In this document: positions 10,501 to 20,658 of the stretch, in pieces | How positions within the stretch are numbered: position 1 is the first letter of the stretch | Layout: each line of letters begins with the position of its first letter | From: a bacterium | GTDB taxonomy: Bacteria; SAR324; NAC60-12 | Length of the DNA stretch: 64,000 bases | Reading direction: 5' to 3' | NCBI GenBank assembly: GCA_965209155.1 | Contig: OZ242383.1 | Location: forward strand, 2,464,001 to 2,528,000 | Program-made: the position numbers and the translations under genes | Notes under the pieces: model-generated | The model's input: only the letters and a program-made list of their open reading frames with translations | Told to the model about the DNA's origin: nothing | The model's database searches: none

Positions 10501-13495
10501 CAACGCCCGTGCGGACCCGGACCTGGTCAATGTTTATCGATGCCGGATCCAGGCGTACACCACCCGGGGTGAATTAAAAAAGGCACAGGAAACGGGCGCG
10601 GAGATTCTGGAAAAATTGGGGTATCAACTGAGCCGTCTGTCTCTCGACCAGTGGCAGCAGACCCTCGTACAAATCAAACCCGGCCTGGCCGGTAAAAGCG
10701 TCGCGGACGTGATGCGCTTTGAGCCGCTCACCCAACCGGATGCCGAGGTCCTGGTCCCAATCCTCTATGAACTCCATTTGGCCTATGGCGAGGCTGGGGC
10801 TACTTTGGATGACGGTCTTTGGCAGCCCATCGCTTCAAAACGTATCTCTTTGCTGCTGAATCATTTTCATCCACAATATTCACCCGAATTCTATATTCAC
10901 CTTGGATTTATATATTGCGCGTATATGCAAGATTTTGAATTTGGTTATGAACTCGGTCGTCTGGGCATAAAGCTTATGGAAGCGCTTGATCTGAAGGAAA
11001 TAAACTGTAGAGTTTCCGGGGGTTTCAACGGCTATACCCGGTTCTACCAGGAGCCGCTATCGGCCTCATTGGAGCCCTTGCTGGAAACTCATAAGATGGG
11101 AATCGAAACGGGAAATTTCGTCAATGCCGGTCGTAGCGCCGTCGTAAGGTGTCGTTTAGCGTTTATTTGCGGAAAGGAGCTGAATTGGCTGAAAGGGGAA
11201 TTATCGACGCTGAAGCTTGCTCTCGAGAAGATCGATTATATTATCGGGTCTCGCCATGCCGAAATGCTGACGAAAGCGGTCACGATTCTAATGGAGGAAC
11301 CTGCGAGCCTGTCGACCGGCATCATTGATCAATACCATAGGGTGTCGAGTGCGGAGTACGTCTATCATGATCATAGCCATTTTAATTACCAAAAGCTGGT
11401 GCTGCAAACCCTGTTCGAAGAATACGAAGCAGCCCGTGAGACGGTTTTTGAAATGATCAACCTGATGAAAACCTACAATGATGCCCTGATTGATCCCCTT
11501 GCCAACTGCTACCAATCCCTCGCTCTCCTCGCGCTTTGCGACCAGGGGAGCGAGGGGGAAAAGGAGGAGATCCTCACCCAGGTTAACGACAATCAGGAGA
11601 CCTTGGAGAAGCTGGCGTGCAGTGCCCCGCCTAATTACCGGCACAAGCATCACTTGGTGGAAGCCGAGCGGATGCGGGTTCTGGATGGCAACCCCGATAC
11701 CATTATGCACCACTATGACCAGGCCATCGCTTTGGCCAGAGAGAGCGAATTTATCCACGAGGAAGCCCTGGCCAATGAACTGGCAGCCAGGTTCTTGCTC
11801 AACCAGAGGCAGAACGACGCCGCCAGGGCTTACCTGCGCTCAGCAATGGAGCAGTACGAAGCCTGGGGGGCAAAACGGAAGGTCGCGCACCTGAAGTCTC
11901 GATATCCCGGGTTGATTGTCGATGATCGTGCTGAAGCGGCGTCTCCTTCGGCCAACCTGGACCTGGGGACGATGCTCAAAGCCTCGGAAGCCATCTCCAG
12001 TACCCTCGAGTTGGAACCACTGCTGGAGATCCTGCTTGGCATTCTCATAGAAAATGCCGGGGCCCAGACAGCAACCCTGATTCTGGAAACCGAAGGTCAG
12101 TCTCTCATCGCTGCCCGCGGGAGTGCCGAACAAGTCGAATGTTTTCTACCGCTTTCCCTGCCTGTGGAAAAGGCCGAATCCCTCTCCCTCTCGGTCATAT
12201 CCTGGGTGAAACAAACCCGGGAGCACCTGGTTTTAGACAACGCCGCTCACGAGGAACAGTTTGCCGGGGATGATTATATTAAACGGGAACGTCCTAAATC
12301 CATCCTGTGCGCACCGATCACTCATCAGTCCGCCTTGAGCGGAATCATTTACCTGGAAAATAACCTGGTTGAGGGAGCCTTCACCTCCCGGCGATTCGAG
12401 GTGGTCAAGCACCTTAGCTCCCAGATCGCCATTTCCCTGGAAAACGCCAGGCTTCACGAAAACCTCAAAAAGGCGATGGACGAGCTGAAAGCGAGCGAAA
12501 CCTCCCTGCGTCAGGAGAATATCCTCCTGAAGGCCAACATCAAGGAGCGTTATCGGTTCGGAAAGATCATCGGCAAAAGCCCCGTGATGCAGGAGATTTA
12601 TGAATTGATCTTAAAGGCGGCGGCTAGCGATGCGGGTGTCATTGTCTATGGTGAATCAGGGACCGGTAAAGAATTGGTGGCTGAAGCTATCCATAAGATG
12701 AGTGATAGAAAAGAAAAACCCTTTGTGACCGTCAACGCTGGTGCTGTTCCGGAAAACCTCTTGGAAAGCGAGTTTTTCGGCTACAAAAAAGGGGCCTTTA
12801 CCGGCGCCAATGCCGATAAGCGCGGCCTGCTCCAACAGGCAGACAAAGGTACGCTTTTCCTGGATGAATTGGGTGAAATCGGCCCCAATCTGCAAGCCAA
12901 ACTGCTGCGTGCTATTGAGGGCAGAGGGTTCACGCCAGTAGGCGGACTTGAAGCGGAAACCTCCGATTTTCGCGTCATTGCTGCCACCAATCAGGATTTA
13001 AAACAACAAATGAAAAAAGGATTGATGCGGAAGGATTTCTTCTACCGCATCCACATTATCCCCATTCACTTGCCGCCTCTCCGGGAACGTAAAGAGGACA
13101 TCCCCCTGTTGATCGAGCATTTTATGCAAAACTACCCTTCCTCAAAGAACCAGCCCACAATCACTGCCGGTGTCATGGAAGCTCTGACTTCCTATGATTG
13201 GCCGGGAAACGTCAGGGAACTGATCAACACCATGCATCGCTACCTGACGCTCAAGAAACTTGACTTCCTCGATACCTCTTTACTCGATACCAGCCAAACA
13301 GAACCACCGGTCTCGATTGAGGCGCGTGAAACCAATGAAACCTTAGATGCCACCATGAAGCGACTCGAAAAACTGTATTTGACCAGGGTGCTGGACGATA
13401 ATGACTGGCAACAGAGCAAAGTTTCAGCCCTTCTCGGGGTTGATCGTAAAACGTTGTATCGAAAAATAAACCAATACCATCTCAAACCCTCATAA
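7595..13495 (+). CDS. Giant sigma54-dependent activator, copy 1: integrase arm-type DNA-binding domain + pseudokinase + STAND-like (COG3899-type) ATPase + helical region + GAF + sigma54 AAA+ + Fis HTH
   Basis: N-term [86 protein letters not shown] and [66 protein letters not shown]. Confidence 0.92.
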   Translation: MKDKITKQAVESLKPGSKDRILWDTELPMFGCKITPKGRRVYLLQYRIKGRQRRYTIGTHGVLIAREARNIARNLLHEVVLGHDPADAKMNKGDQTDGMIQNRSQRRKQQVVKPKASHTRGNPRKSAAKANKAAPGPPEPIVNKTKSISNPDKPEIPGYSLEEVIFESSRTWLWRGRRQSDGLSVLIKGPSSQQSAQDLAEIRHEYEITRDLEIDGVLKAEELVQCENGWTLILENTDALPLRKLMDTARLDLLDSLKVALSLTSTLKEVHQQGLLHKMINPLNIFVDPASGTVKLSGFGLATRLPRENLATLSPQLSGETLPYISPEQTGRMNRPLDYRSDFYSLGATLYELFSGRVPFGSREAMEIIHAHIARQTPPPDEIEPQIPRVLSRLVMKLMAKRAEARYQSHSGLSADLLACVEQLENQGSLSDFPLARLDIPKELQIAPGLYGRKDEITALEAALERVSQGATEMVLISGSAGVGKTALVGEIHQSVAQKNGFFLSGKFDQLRHNIPYSALIQALRGLIREISVANKSGMERWKNRIRTALGANGQLVTRVIPELELMIGPQPPLPEMGALESRNRFTAVLLEFIGLFCEKTHPLVIFLDDLQWVDVDTLKLVERIARDPERKPLLFLGAYRDNEVEADHRLSISCEVIKKTGQPLQTIPLKSLNPENISQLLVHTCHCRPEEAKPLAELLARKTGGNPFFVGQFLTVLSEKGLIGYSPEEKRWTWDLAAIEFLAVTENVVEMLVDRLHRFSAETRRLLSLAACIGNTFDLESLELISGEEGGEINENLLPALETGLILGFSRAPQLDNPTDGASAESSSYKFLHDRVQQAAYALIAQKERKPVHLQIGQTLLKQYAPEKAEDLLFDIVHHLNLARRVKDKWKERSQLAELNLEAGLKARAASAFEQALEYFTIGLELLGAAAWKRQYSLALSLHEAATEMSSLCGRFELMEKLAGAVKDNARADPDLVNVYRCRIQAYTTRGELKKAQETGAEILEKLGYQLSRLSLDQWQQTLVQIKPGLAGKSVADVMRFEPLTQPDAEVLVPILYELHLAYGEAGATLDDGLWQPIASKRISLLLNHFHPQYSPEFYIHLGFIYCAYMQDFEFGYELGRLGIKLMEALDLKEINCRVSGGFNGYTRFYQEPLSASLEPLLETHKMGIETGNFVNAGRSAVVRCRLAFICGKELNWLKGELSTLKLALEKIDYIIGSRHAEMLTKAVTILMEEPASLSTGIIDQYHRVSSAEYVYHDHSHFNYQKLVLQTLFEEYEAARETVFEMINLMKTYNDALIDPLANCYQSLALLALCDQGSEGEKEEILTQVNDNQETLEKLACSAPPNYRHKHHLVEAERMRVLDGNPDTIMHHYDQAIALARESEFIHEEALANELAARFLLNQRQNDAARAYLRSAMEQYEAWGAKRKVAHLKSRYPGLIVDDRAEAASPSANLDLGTMLKASEAISSTLELEPLLEILLGILIENAGAQTATLILETEGQSLIAARGSAEQVECFLPLSLPVEKAESLSLSVISWVKQTREHLVLDNAAHEEQFAGDDYIKRERPKSILCAPITHQSALSGIIYLENNLVEGAFTSRRFEVVKHLSSQIAISLENARLHENLKKAMDELKASETSLRQENILLKANIKERYRFGKIIGKSPVMQEIYELILKAAASDAGVIVYGESGTGKELVAEAIHKMSDRKEKPFVTVNAGAVPENLLESEFFGYKKGAFTGANADKRGLLQQADKGTLFLDELGEIGPNLQAKLLRAIEGRGFTPVGGLEAETSDFRVIAATNQDLKQQMKKGLMRKDFFYRIHIIPIHLPPLRERKEDIPLLIEHFMQNYPSSKNQPTITAGVMEALTSYDWPGNVRELINTMHRYLTLKKLDFLDTSLLDTSQTEPPVSIEARETNETLDATMKRLEKLYLTRVLDDNDWQQSKVSALLGVDRKTLYRKINQYHLKPS

Positions 13496-13531
13496 AGGAA
13501 GACGGTTGTTAAAAAATATATTCGCTAGCTG

Positions 13532-13849
13532 CTATGATGGTTTTGGCTTTCTTGTTTCTAAAATTGGTTCTAACAAGCGTTTACCATGAATGATGGCAAG
13601 GATCTGGATTGTATGATCAGGCACTTGGTAAATGATTCGATAATTATAAACAAACACTTCTCGGATAGTATCATCCTCCCATTCGGGAACTCTTCGTCCG
13701 ATGAAAGGATGCTGAGGTAAATCTTTCACGGCCTCTAATATTTTTGTCACCACATTTGCTGCATAAGCAGGGGAATCCTGGGCAATATAGGCAGCCAAAT
13801 TATCAACGTCTTTTTGTGCTTCAGAAGACCAGATTATTTGAGCAACCAT
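13532..13849 (-). CDS. RelE/ParE family type II toxin
   Basis: IIWSSEAQKD..IAQDSP..A; GRRVPE; IREVFVYNYRIIY; ILAIIHGKR. Confidence 0.88.
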   Translation of the reverse strand: MVAQIIWSSEAQKDVDNLAAYIAQDSPAYAANVVTKILEAVKDLPQHPFIGRRVPEWEDDTIREVFVYNYRIIYQVPDHTIQILAIIHGKRLLEPILETRKPKPS

Positions 13850-14022
13850 TTGTCTAATCGCCTTTCTACTTCTTCCTGAGTCAATGTCTCCCCTTTTTCA
13901 ACAGATGTGAGCCCTCTTCTGATTTTTTCCAATACATAGAGGTGGTATTGAATATCTTCCAAAGAACAATCTTCTGGAAGTCGATCTAACAAAGCGGCTA
14001 CTTCTCGCTTCGCAGTTTGCAT
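13834..14022 (-). CDS. Putative antitoxin of the RelE/ParE toxin
   Basis: Small ORF (MQTAKREV..LPEDCSLEDIQYHLYVLEKIRRGL) immediately upstream of the toxin and overlapping its predicted start. Confidence 0.8.
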   Translation of the reverse strand: MQTAKREVAALLDRLPEDCSLEDIQYHLYVLEKIRRGLTSVEKGETLTQEEVERRLDKWLLK

Positions 14023-14145
14023 AAAGCCCCTTTCAAATAAATAACTGTGAATCTTAACGATTTTTTGCATTGATGTTGAGCAGTTTGATGTAGATTACCT
14101 TATCACATCATGAGATGTAAAAGGAGATAAAAGATTGGTTTCGTT

Positions 14146-14224
14146 TTCCTCGATACCTCTTTAATCGATGACAGCCAAACAGAACCACCGGTCTCGATTG
14201 AGGAGAGTGAAACCAATGAACCCT
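14146..14224 (+). repeat. ~80-bp relic copy of the 3' coding region of the large regulator
   Basis: Matches 13265-13343 and ~30420-30498. Confidence 0.9.
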
Positions 14225-14246
14225 CTAAAACCTTCATAGATCAAAT

Positions 14247-14466
14247 GGGGCATATCTGCCCCGTGAAGGGGCATATCTGCCCCAATCTAGGATTAGTTTT
14301 TAATATCAATGCATTACTGCCGAAAATCCATCATTTTTTATGTTTACATGTGGCAAAACTGCCCCATTTTACCAAAAAATCACCTCAAAACGGGCAGCCC
14401 TCTTTCCCACAGATCGCCTCAGCCCCCACCAATCCTGCGTTTCGAGCGGATGGCATGACTTTTGAA
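14247..14466 (+). promoter_or_regulatory. Sigma54-dependent promoter, copy 1: tandem palindromic UAS, IHF site, -24/-12
   Basis: GGGGCATATCTGCCCC at 14247 and 14268; TATCAATGCATTA (WATCAAN4TTR) at 14304; TGGCATGACTTTTGAA at 14451. Confidence 0.75.
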
Positions 14467-14764
14467 GCTAAAGACTCCTGGCAGGGGGGCAACGATTTAC
14501 GTGGTTAAGCGAAACATTACACTGAAAACCCGATGAAAGGAGGAAATGCCTATGGAATAAAACCCGTTTTGAAACAGCTGATAGACGCGTGAGAGCGTCA
14601 TTTTGTCATTTATTTTTAAGGAGAATCTTATGAAATCGAAAATCGCTATTCTGTTAATGCCATTTATTCATTCATTATATAAGGAGAATCTTATGAAAAC
14701 AAAAATCGCAATTCTAAACAACCCTTCATCTTGGCTTTTTAATCAAAAAGCAGAAAGGAATCAG

Positions 14765-16549
14765 ATGAATCGAAAAAAAAGCAAATCAACCTTCAGTACA
14801 ACCCTGCTGGCCCTCATGCTGGTCCTCCTCCTGGGAGGAGCAGGCTTCTTGGGCAGCCCGGCCTGGGCAGCCGATTGGAGAAAAATAAATTGTTATTCGT
14901 CGGAGGAGGCAAAGAACGCCGGGCCGCAATACGGTGGGAGTATTACATTCCTGGACGGATTTGGGGGGGCTTTTCCGCCTACAGCCTGGAACCAAGGAGA
15001 AGGCAGTTCGTGGACGGCAAGTATTTATCATGATCCGATGTATGAGACCCTTTTGGCTAATGACACTGTGCTTAAGGGGCCATGCGGCACAGGGGAATCT
15101 GAATTTTATCACTCTAATTCAGGACCTTTGGAAGTGATGACAGGTAAATTGGCTGAAAGATGGGAGTTACCCGATCCGCAAACACTTATATGGCATCTAC
15201 GTCGGGGAATCCTGTGGGCGGGTAAGCCGGGAGTCATGGAATCAAGGGAGCTGGTAGCGGAGGATATCGTTAAAAGCTATGAATTGGGTTGGAAGCGCTA
15301 TCCGGATGTGTCCACTACTAAAGACGTGGTGTCGATGACAGCTAAGGATAGGTACACGGTTGTACTAAAGACTAAACAACTAAAAGAATTTGAAGTTAAC
15401 TATGGAACCCAGGGTTGGCTTGGGAACGTCATCGTACCTGCTGAGGTGGGGGACGAGGCTATGAAAGACTGGAAGACTCATGTGGGGCTGGGGACAGGCC
15501 CGTTTTTTCTCGAGGACTTTGTGGAAGGCAGCTATGTATCTTACGTAAGGAATCCCAATTACTGGAACAGTTACGTATTCAATGACAAGAAATACGAGAT
15601 CCCGTTTATCGACCGCCTGGTAAAAACTCTAATACAGGATAAATCCTCCCAGGTCGCTGCGTTACGAACAGGGAAGATTGACGTGTACGATGTACTCGAA
15701 AAAAAGTTCGTCGACTCGGTAAAAAGATCGGCTCCTGAAATAAAGATTAAAGAGAGAGTGGCGGAGAGAGCCTGGAGAATGGGCTTTAGGCTGGATGTGA
15801 AGCCCTTTGACGATCTCAGGGTGCGCAGAGCAATGAGCATGGCTATAGATCGAGAAGCCTTTATCAATACCATTCAGGGAGGTAAAGGAGAGATTTTAAA
15901 CGCTGAGATCCATTCAGGACATACAGAGACTTTTTATACGCCTCTGGAGAAGATGCCGAAAGAAGTTCAGGAGAATTTTTCGTATAACCCTGAGCTTGCG
16001 AGGCAACTATTAGCCGAGGCAGGCTACCCGAATGGTTTCGAAACTACCATACAAGCAAATGCACGGGAGCCTGAGCGAGATGTGGTGTCTTTTCTGGCAG
16101 CTATGTGGAAGGATATCGGAATCGACGTTAAAATTGATCTGCGGGATGCGTCTGTTTTGAATGGAATACTTGTTAAAAATGAGCATGCGCCGCTTACTTT
16201 TCTTGCTAACTCAGTTTTGCTGGCCGGATCTACTTTGCATATTTATACAATGGATGAGTCTAATACTTATCAAGTCAACGTAGTTGATGACCTTGAAATA
16301 AACGAGGCTTATGAAAAGTGGGTAAGCACACCGGACCCCGTTAAAGCGAACAAGATCCTAAAGGATTGGAACGTGTTGTGGCATAAGAAAGTTTATAATG
16401 CCTATTTACCAACTCCATATGTATCCGTGGCTTACTGGCCATGGGTAGAGAACTACGCCGGCGAAGTCAATGAAAGCTCTTCTATGTCTGTAGGCGGGAT
16501 TTTCGCTCGTGCCTGGATCAACAGCGATTTAAAGGCAGAAATACAGTAA
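14765..16549 (+). CDS. ABC transporter substrate-binding protein, family 5 (peptide/nickel type)
   Basis: Signal peptide ending AWA; PQYGGSIT, LAERWE, GTGPF, RNPNYW, ALRTGKID, PFDDLRVRRAMSMAIDRE, LLAEAGYPNGF. In-frame upstream ATGs at 14630 and 14693 are alternative starts. Confidence 0.92.
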   Translation: MNRKKSKSTFSTTLLALMLVLLLGGAGFLGSPAWAADWRKINCYSSEEAKNAGPQYGGSITFLDGFGGAFPPTAWNQGEGSSWTASIYHDPMYETLLANDTVLKGPCGTGESEFYHSNSGPLEVMTGKLAERWELPDPQTLIWHLRRGILWAGKPGVMESRELVAEDIVKSYELGWKRYPDVSTTKDVVSMTAKDRYTVVLKTKQLKEFEVNYGTQGWLGNVIVPAEVGDEAMKDWKTHVGLGTGPFFLEDFVEGSYVSYVRNPNYWNSYVFNDKKYEIPFIDRLVKTLIQDKSSQVAALRTGKIDVYDVLEKKFVDSVKRSAPEIKIKERVAERAWRMGFRLDVKPFDDLRVRRAMSMAIDREAFINTIQGGKGEILNAEIHSGHTETFYTPLEKMPKEVQENFSYNPELARQLLAEAGYPNGFETTIQANAREPERDVVSFLAAMWKDIGIDVKIDLRDASVLNGILVKNEHAPLTFLANSVLLAGSTLHIYTMDESNTYQVNVVDDLEINEAYEKWVSTPDPVKANKILKDWNVLWHKKVYNAYLPTPYVSVAYWPWVENYAGEVNESSSMSVGGIFARAWINSDLKAEIQ

Positions 16550-16564
16550 TGAGCCCATCGGGGA

Positions 16565-17659
16565 ATGGAGCGATCTCATTCCCCGATTATGAAAAGAAAA
16601 GGAATGATGATGCTTACCAAAAAACGGTTAGAATGGCGCACTTGGGAGGATTGGAAAAAAATCGCCTCTCAGCAGATCGAAGCGCGTGGCCTCACAAAAA
16701 ATCTCGAAGAGATTGAAGCACAGGGATTCACCGTGATCTCCCCTGAGCAAATGGGCGACCCTCGCTTGTTTGAGCAAACCAAAGAAGCGCTCTTAGGGGT
16801 TGGAGAAGAAATCACCGGGGTGCGACCCAATGAGGAGACCGGGGAACATGGTTTCACCGACTGCACGGGTACCACCCCAACCCAAAATATGTACCACGGG
16901 ATTCTAGAAAAGGATCCGATTTTTGAGGAAATCATCCAGCATCCCCTGACTCTGCCCTTGATCGATTACTACCTGGGTCCCGGTTACCTGCTTTCCGGGT
17001 TCAGCGGGATTGTCAAATGGCAGGGCCGGGAGGGCTATGGGGATGCAATTTACTTAAATCAAGGGGGCTTACATGCCGATATGAACATGTATCCTTTTGA
17101 ACCGTTGCCCGATCCCCCCATGAGGTTCAATACAGCCTGGTGTCTGAGTGATTATACCAAAGACAACGGGGCACTGTCGGTCCTGCCGGGATCCCATAAA
17201 CTCCGCCGCCACCCCAAGCCGGGGGAGGGGATGGATCAGGCCATCGCTGTCGAAGCACCCGCGGGTTCGGTCATTGTTTTCCACGGGGGCCTCTGGCACG
17301 GAGCCTTCCCTCGGATCAATCCAGGTTTACGATTGAACGTCTTCTCTTGCTATGATGCCTTCTACTGCCGCACGATGGAGCATTACCCCAACCGGATTTC
17401 GGAAGAATGTCTGGCTCGCAATGGGGAGCGGTTCCGTCAACTGCTCAACATTGATGATCTCTATGGCCATGAGGATCATCGGGGCCCCATTCCCCGGCGG
17501 GAACGAGCCTCCGGAAAAACGTACAGCCAAATCATGAATCAGATCGTCACCCACCATGGGAAAAAGTATCGCGTTGAGAATGACGACCGCATCGTCAATT
17601 GGGGGGCAATGCGCTACATCCCCATCGATGACGAAGAAAATGAGGAAGGGACCCTATGA
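16565..17659 (+). CDS. Phytanoyl-CoA dioxygenase (PhyH)-like Fe(II)/2-oxoglutarate dioxygenase
   Basis: LHAD (HxD), DYTKDNGALSVLPGSH, APAGSVIVFHGGLWHGA, PGLR. Exact start uncertain. Confidence 0.88.
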   Translation: MERSHSPIMKRKGMMMLTKKRLEWRTWEDWKKIASQQIEARGLTKNLEEIEAQGFTVISPEQMGDPRLFEQTKEALLGVGEEITGVRPNEETGEHGFTDCTGTTPTQNMYHGILEKDPIFEEIIQHPLTLPLIDYYLGPGYLLSGFSGIVKWQGREGYGDAIYLNQGGLHADMNMYPFEPLPDPPMRFNTAWCLSDYTKDNGALSVLPGSHKLRRHPKPGEGMDQAIAVEAPAGSVIVFHGGLWHGAFPRINPGLRLNVFSCYDAFYCRTMEHYPNRISEECLARNGERFRQLLNIDDLYGHEDHRGPIPRRERASGKTYSQIMNQIVTHHGKKYRVENDDRIVNWGAMRYIPIDDEENEEGTL

Positions 17660-18435
17660 AACGTTTCGAGGAGAAAGTGGCTATTGTCACGGGGGGGGCT
17701 CAAGGGATTGGGGAAGCAACCACCCGGAGACTCGCCAACGAGGGTGCCATGACGGCCATTCTGGACATCCAGCTTGAGAAAGCACAGGCGGTGGCTGAGG
17801 AGATCCTCTCCCAGGGAGGAAAAAAGTCGATTGCGGTGAGGATGGATATTACCGACAGCCAGGAGGTGAAGCGCGCCGTCCGGGAGGTTGAAGATACCTT
17901 TGGAAGAGTTGACGTCATGATAAACAATGTCGGTGGGGATGAATTCGGGCTTTTCATTGAGAGTACCGAGGAGAGCTGGGATTGGAAAATAGCGCTGAAT
18001 CTCAGGGGACCCATGACGGTGACCAAAGCCGTCCTGGAGGGGATGATCCCCAGAAAGTATGGCAGGATTGTCAATATGAGTTCTGATGCAGGTCGGGAAG
18101 GGGAGTTCGGTGAAGCGGCTTATGGAGCCACCAAAGCTGGGATCATCGCCTTGACCAAGGCCTGGGCACGAGAACTCATGGAACATAATATCACGGTGAA
18201 CAGTGTTTCCCCTTTCGCCCAGACTCCTGGAAGTGATCTTTTTGTGGAGCACATGCAAAAGGGTGATTCAAATGCTCTAAAAAATCGTCCTCCCAGCACT
18301 CCTAAATTGTATAGAAAAACGGGCATAGGGACACCTGAGGAAATGGCCGCGGCTGTGGCTTTCTTTGCCTCGGACGAAGCCAGCTATATTACCGGACAGA
18401 CCCTCAGTGTGAATGGGGGGAGGTTTATGTTTTGA
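17656..18435 (+). CDS. SDR family NAD(P)-dependent oxidoreductase
   Basis: TGGAQGIG, NNVG, YGATK (YxxxK), YITGQTLSVNGG; ATGA overlap with the upstream gene. Confidence 0.93.
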   Translation: MKRFEEKVAIVTGGAQGIGEATTRRLANEGAMTAILDIQLEKAQAVAEEILSQGGKKSIAVRMDITDSQEVKRAVREVEDTFGRVDVMINNVGGDEFGLFIESTEESWDWKIALNLRGPMTVTKAVLEGMIPRKYGRIVNMSSDAGREGEFGEAAYGATKAGIIALTKAWARELMEHNITVNSVSPFAQTPGSDLFVEHMQKGDSNALKNRPPSTPKLYRKTGIGTPEEMAAAVAFFASDEASYITGQTLSVNGGRFMF

Positions 18436-18481
18436 AAAAGAAATTGATGAAAACGTTAAGATTATAATAGGGTGAAAAAGT

Positions 18482-20512
18482 GTGGAAAAAGTAAAGTGGG
18501 GGATCATCGGTACAGGAACCATTGCCCAAGCTTTTGCCCAAGGAATCATGCAATCGCAAACCAGTGTCTTGACTGCCGTTGCAAGCCGAAGCAATACGAA
18601 AGCAATCGCTTTCGTTGAAAAAAACAAATGCCCCCAAACAAAAGCCTATGGAAAATATGATTCCTTGTTAGCGGACTCGGAGGTGGAAGCGGTCTACATT
18701 GCTTTACCTCATGTCTATCATGCTGAATGGAGTATGAAAGCCGCCCAGGCACAGAAACATATCTTATGTGAAAAGCCTGCCACGGTGAATCATCCCGAAG
18801 CGATGATCGTGTGGGATGCCATCACAAAAAATAAGGTGTGCTTCATGGAAGGGTTCATGTACCGCTTCCATCCACAAATGCAAAAAATAGCTGAATTGAT
18901 TCAGTCTCACCAGATTGGTAAAGTCAACATCATCCAAAGCAATTTTGGATTGACTCGTACGATCACCCCCCAAAGTCGCTTATACTCCAAGGAATTAGCA
19001 GGAGGCGGGATCCTGGAGGTTGGCTGTTATCCAGTTTCGCTATCCAGGTGGATCGCTGGTCTGGCAAACCAGCTTCCCTGTCTCGAGCCTGTAAAAGTCG
19101 AAAGCATCGCCCAAATCGGAGCAACAGGAGTGGATGAATGGGCAACGGCAACGCTATTGTTTCCAGGTGATATTGTTGCGCAAATTGCGACTGGCATTCG
19201 TAGTGAACAAGAAAACTCACTCAGGGTTTTTGGTGAAACGGGAGCCCTTGTGGTTCCTGATCCCTGGTATGGAGGTGGAAACACAGAAGGGCAATGTGAA
19301 ATTCACCTTTACCGTGATCAACAAATCGAAGAAACCTTTACTTTTAAAACAGATCAAAGTCTGTACACATCAGAAATGGATGCATTTGCTGCAGAAATCA
19401 GAGGAGATGAGGCGCCCTTTCCCATTATTCCTGTTGAAGATACTTTAGGAAATATGAATACCCTGGATCAGTGGCGTCACGAAATTGAACTCAGCTACCC
19501 TTTTGAGTCAGCAAATGCTTATAAACACCCTACCAACAAAGGAAGCTTAAGAAAAAAACCTCAGAACGACATGATCTATGGATCAATTCCAGGAGTCACT
19601 CAACCGGTATCGCGTTTGATCATGGGGGTTGATAATCAGAAATCAGTTCCCCATGCATTTGCCATGTTTGATGATTATTTTGAAAGAGGAGGCAATGCTT
19701 TTGATACTTCTCATTTTTATGTTGGTTTTGAAGGGGGACATTGTGAAAGCCTCATGGGCGACTGGATGAAAAATCGCGCAGTGCGAGAAGAGATTGTATT
19801 GATCAGTAAAGGCGCTCATACGCCCAATTGTACTCCCGCTGGAATGGCAGAAGAATTCAGGGAGAGCTTAGAGCGTCTGCAAACGGATTATGCCGATATC
19901 TATATTCTCCATCGCGACAACGTGGAGGTCCCTGTCGGCGAATTTGTCGAGGTGCTTTATCAACATCTGCAATCAGGAAAAATCAAAGCGTATGGAGGTT
20001 CCAATTGGTCGATTCAACGGGTGGCGGAAGCCAATGCTTATGCCGAAAAGTATGGAATGCAGCCCTTCAGTGTTTTGAGCAATCAATTTAGCTTGGCCCA
20101 AATGGTTGAACCCGTTTGGGAGGGCTGTTTGTCAGCATCCGATCCTGGTTCTATTGAATGGCTCAAAAACCATCCTGTTTCCCTGTTGGCATGGTCCAGT
20201 CAAGCAAGAGGTTTTTTTACGGAACAAGCTGGAAGAACTAAAACCAATGACCATAATTTTGTTCGATTTTGGTCACGGATCAACAGTGACGCGAATTTTA
20301 GAAGGCGAGATCGAGCCTTCGAAATGGCTAAAGCAAAGGGGGTGAAAGCGATCAATATCGCTTTAGCCTACGTCTTAAGTCAACCTTTTGAAGCTTTTGC
20401 CTTGATTGGACCTCGTTTCATTTCTGAAACTGCCAGTTCTTTTGAAAGCTTGAAAATCCAGCTAACCCCTTCAGAGTTAAAGTGGCTGAATTTAGAGCAA
20501 GATGAGCAATGA
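18482..20512 (+). CDS. Gfo/Idh/MocA oxidoreductase fused to an aldo/keto reductase
   Basis: N-half: WGIIGTGTIA, HILCEKP, GGGILEVGCY. C-half: GGNAFDTSHFY, SKGAH, SLERLQTDYADIYILHRD, GGSNW. Confidence 0.9.
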   Translation: MEKVKWGIIGTGTIAQAFAQGIMQSQTSVLTAVASRSNTKAIAFVEKNKCPQTKAYGKYDSLLADSEVEAVYIALPHVYHAEWSMKAAQAQKHILCEKPATVNHPEAMIVWDAITKNKVCFMEGFMYRFHPQMQKIAELIQSHQIGKVNIIQSNFGLTRTITPQSRLYSKELAGGGILEVGCYPVSLSRWIAGLANQLPCLEPVKVESIAQIGATGVDEWATATLLFPGDIVAQIATGIRSEQENSLRVFGETGALVVPDPWYGGGNTEGQCEIHLYRDQQIEETFTFKTDQSLYTSEMDAFAAEIRGDEAPFPIIPVEDTLGNMNTLDQWRHEIELSYPFESANAYKHPTNKGSLRKKPQNDMIYGSIPGVTQPVSRLIMGVDNQKSVPHAFAMFDDYFERGGNAFDTSHFYVGFEGGHCESLMGDWMKNRAVREEIVLISKGAHTPNCTPAGMAEEFRESLERLQTDYADIYILHRDNVEVPVGEFVEVLYQHLQSGKIKAYGGSNWSIQRVAEANAYAEKYGMQPFSVLSNQFSLAQMVEPVWEGCLSASDPGSIEWLKNHPVSLLAWSSQARGFFTEQAGRTKTNDHNFVRFWSRINSDANFRRRDRAFEMAKAKGVKAINIALAYVLSQPFEAFALIGPRFISETASSFESLKIQLTPSELKWLNLEQDEQ

Positions 20513-20658
20513 TGAACACCCAAGAAGTACAGTGCCTAGCAGGCAATAACTAATACCAAAGCGCATCCGCATTATCAATAGAAGGTCACGGGATGAATCA
20601 CATTTCTTGAAAAAAAATACAGGGACAGTTACCAACACCGCAACAGGAGTGGCTAAGC

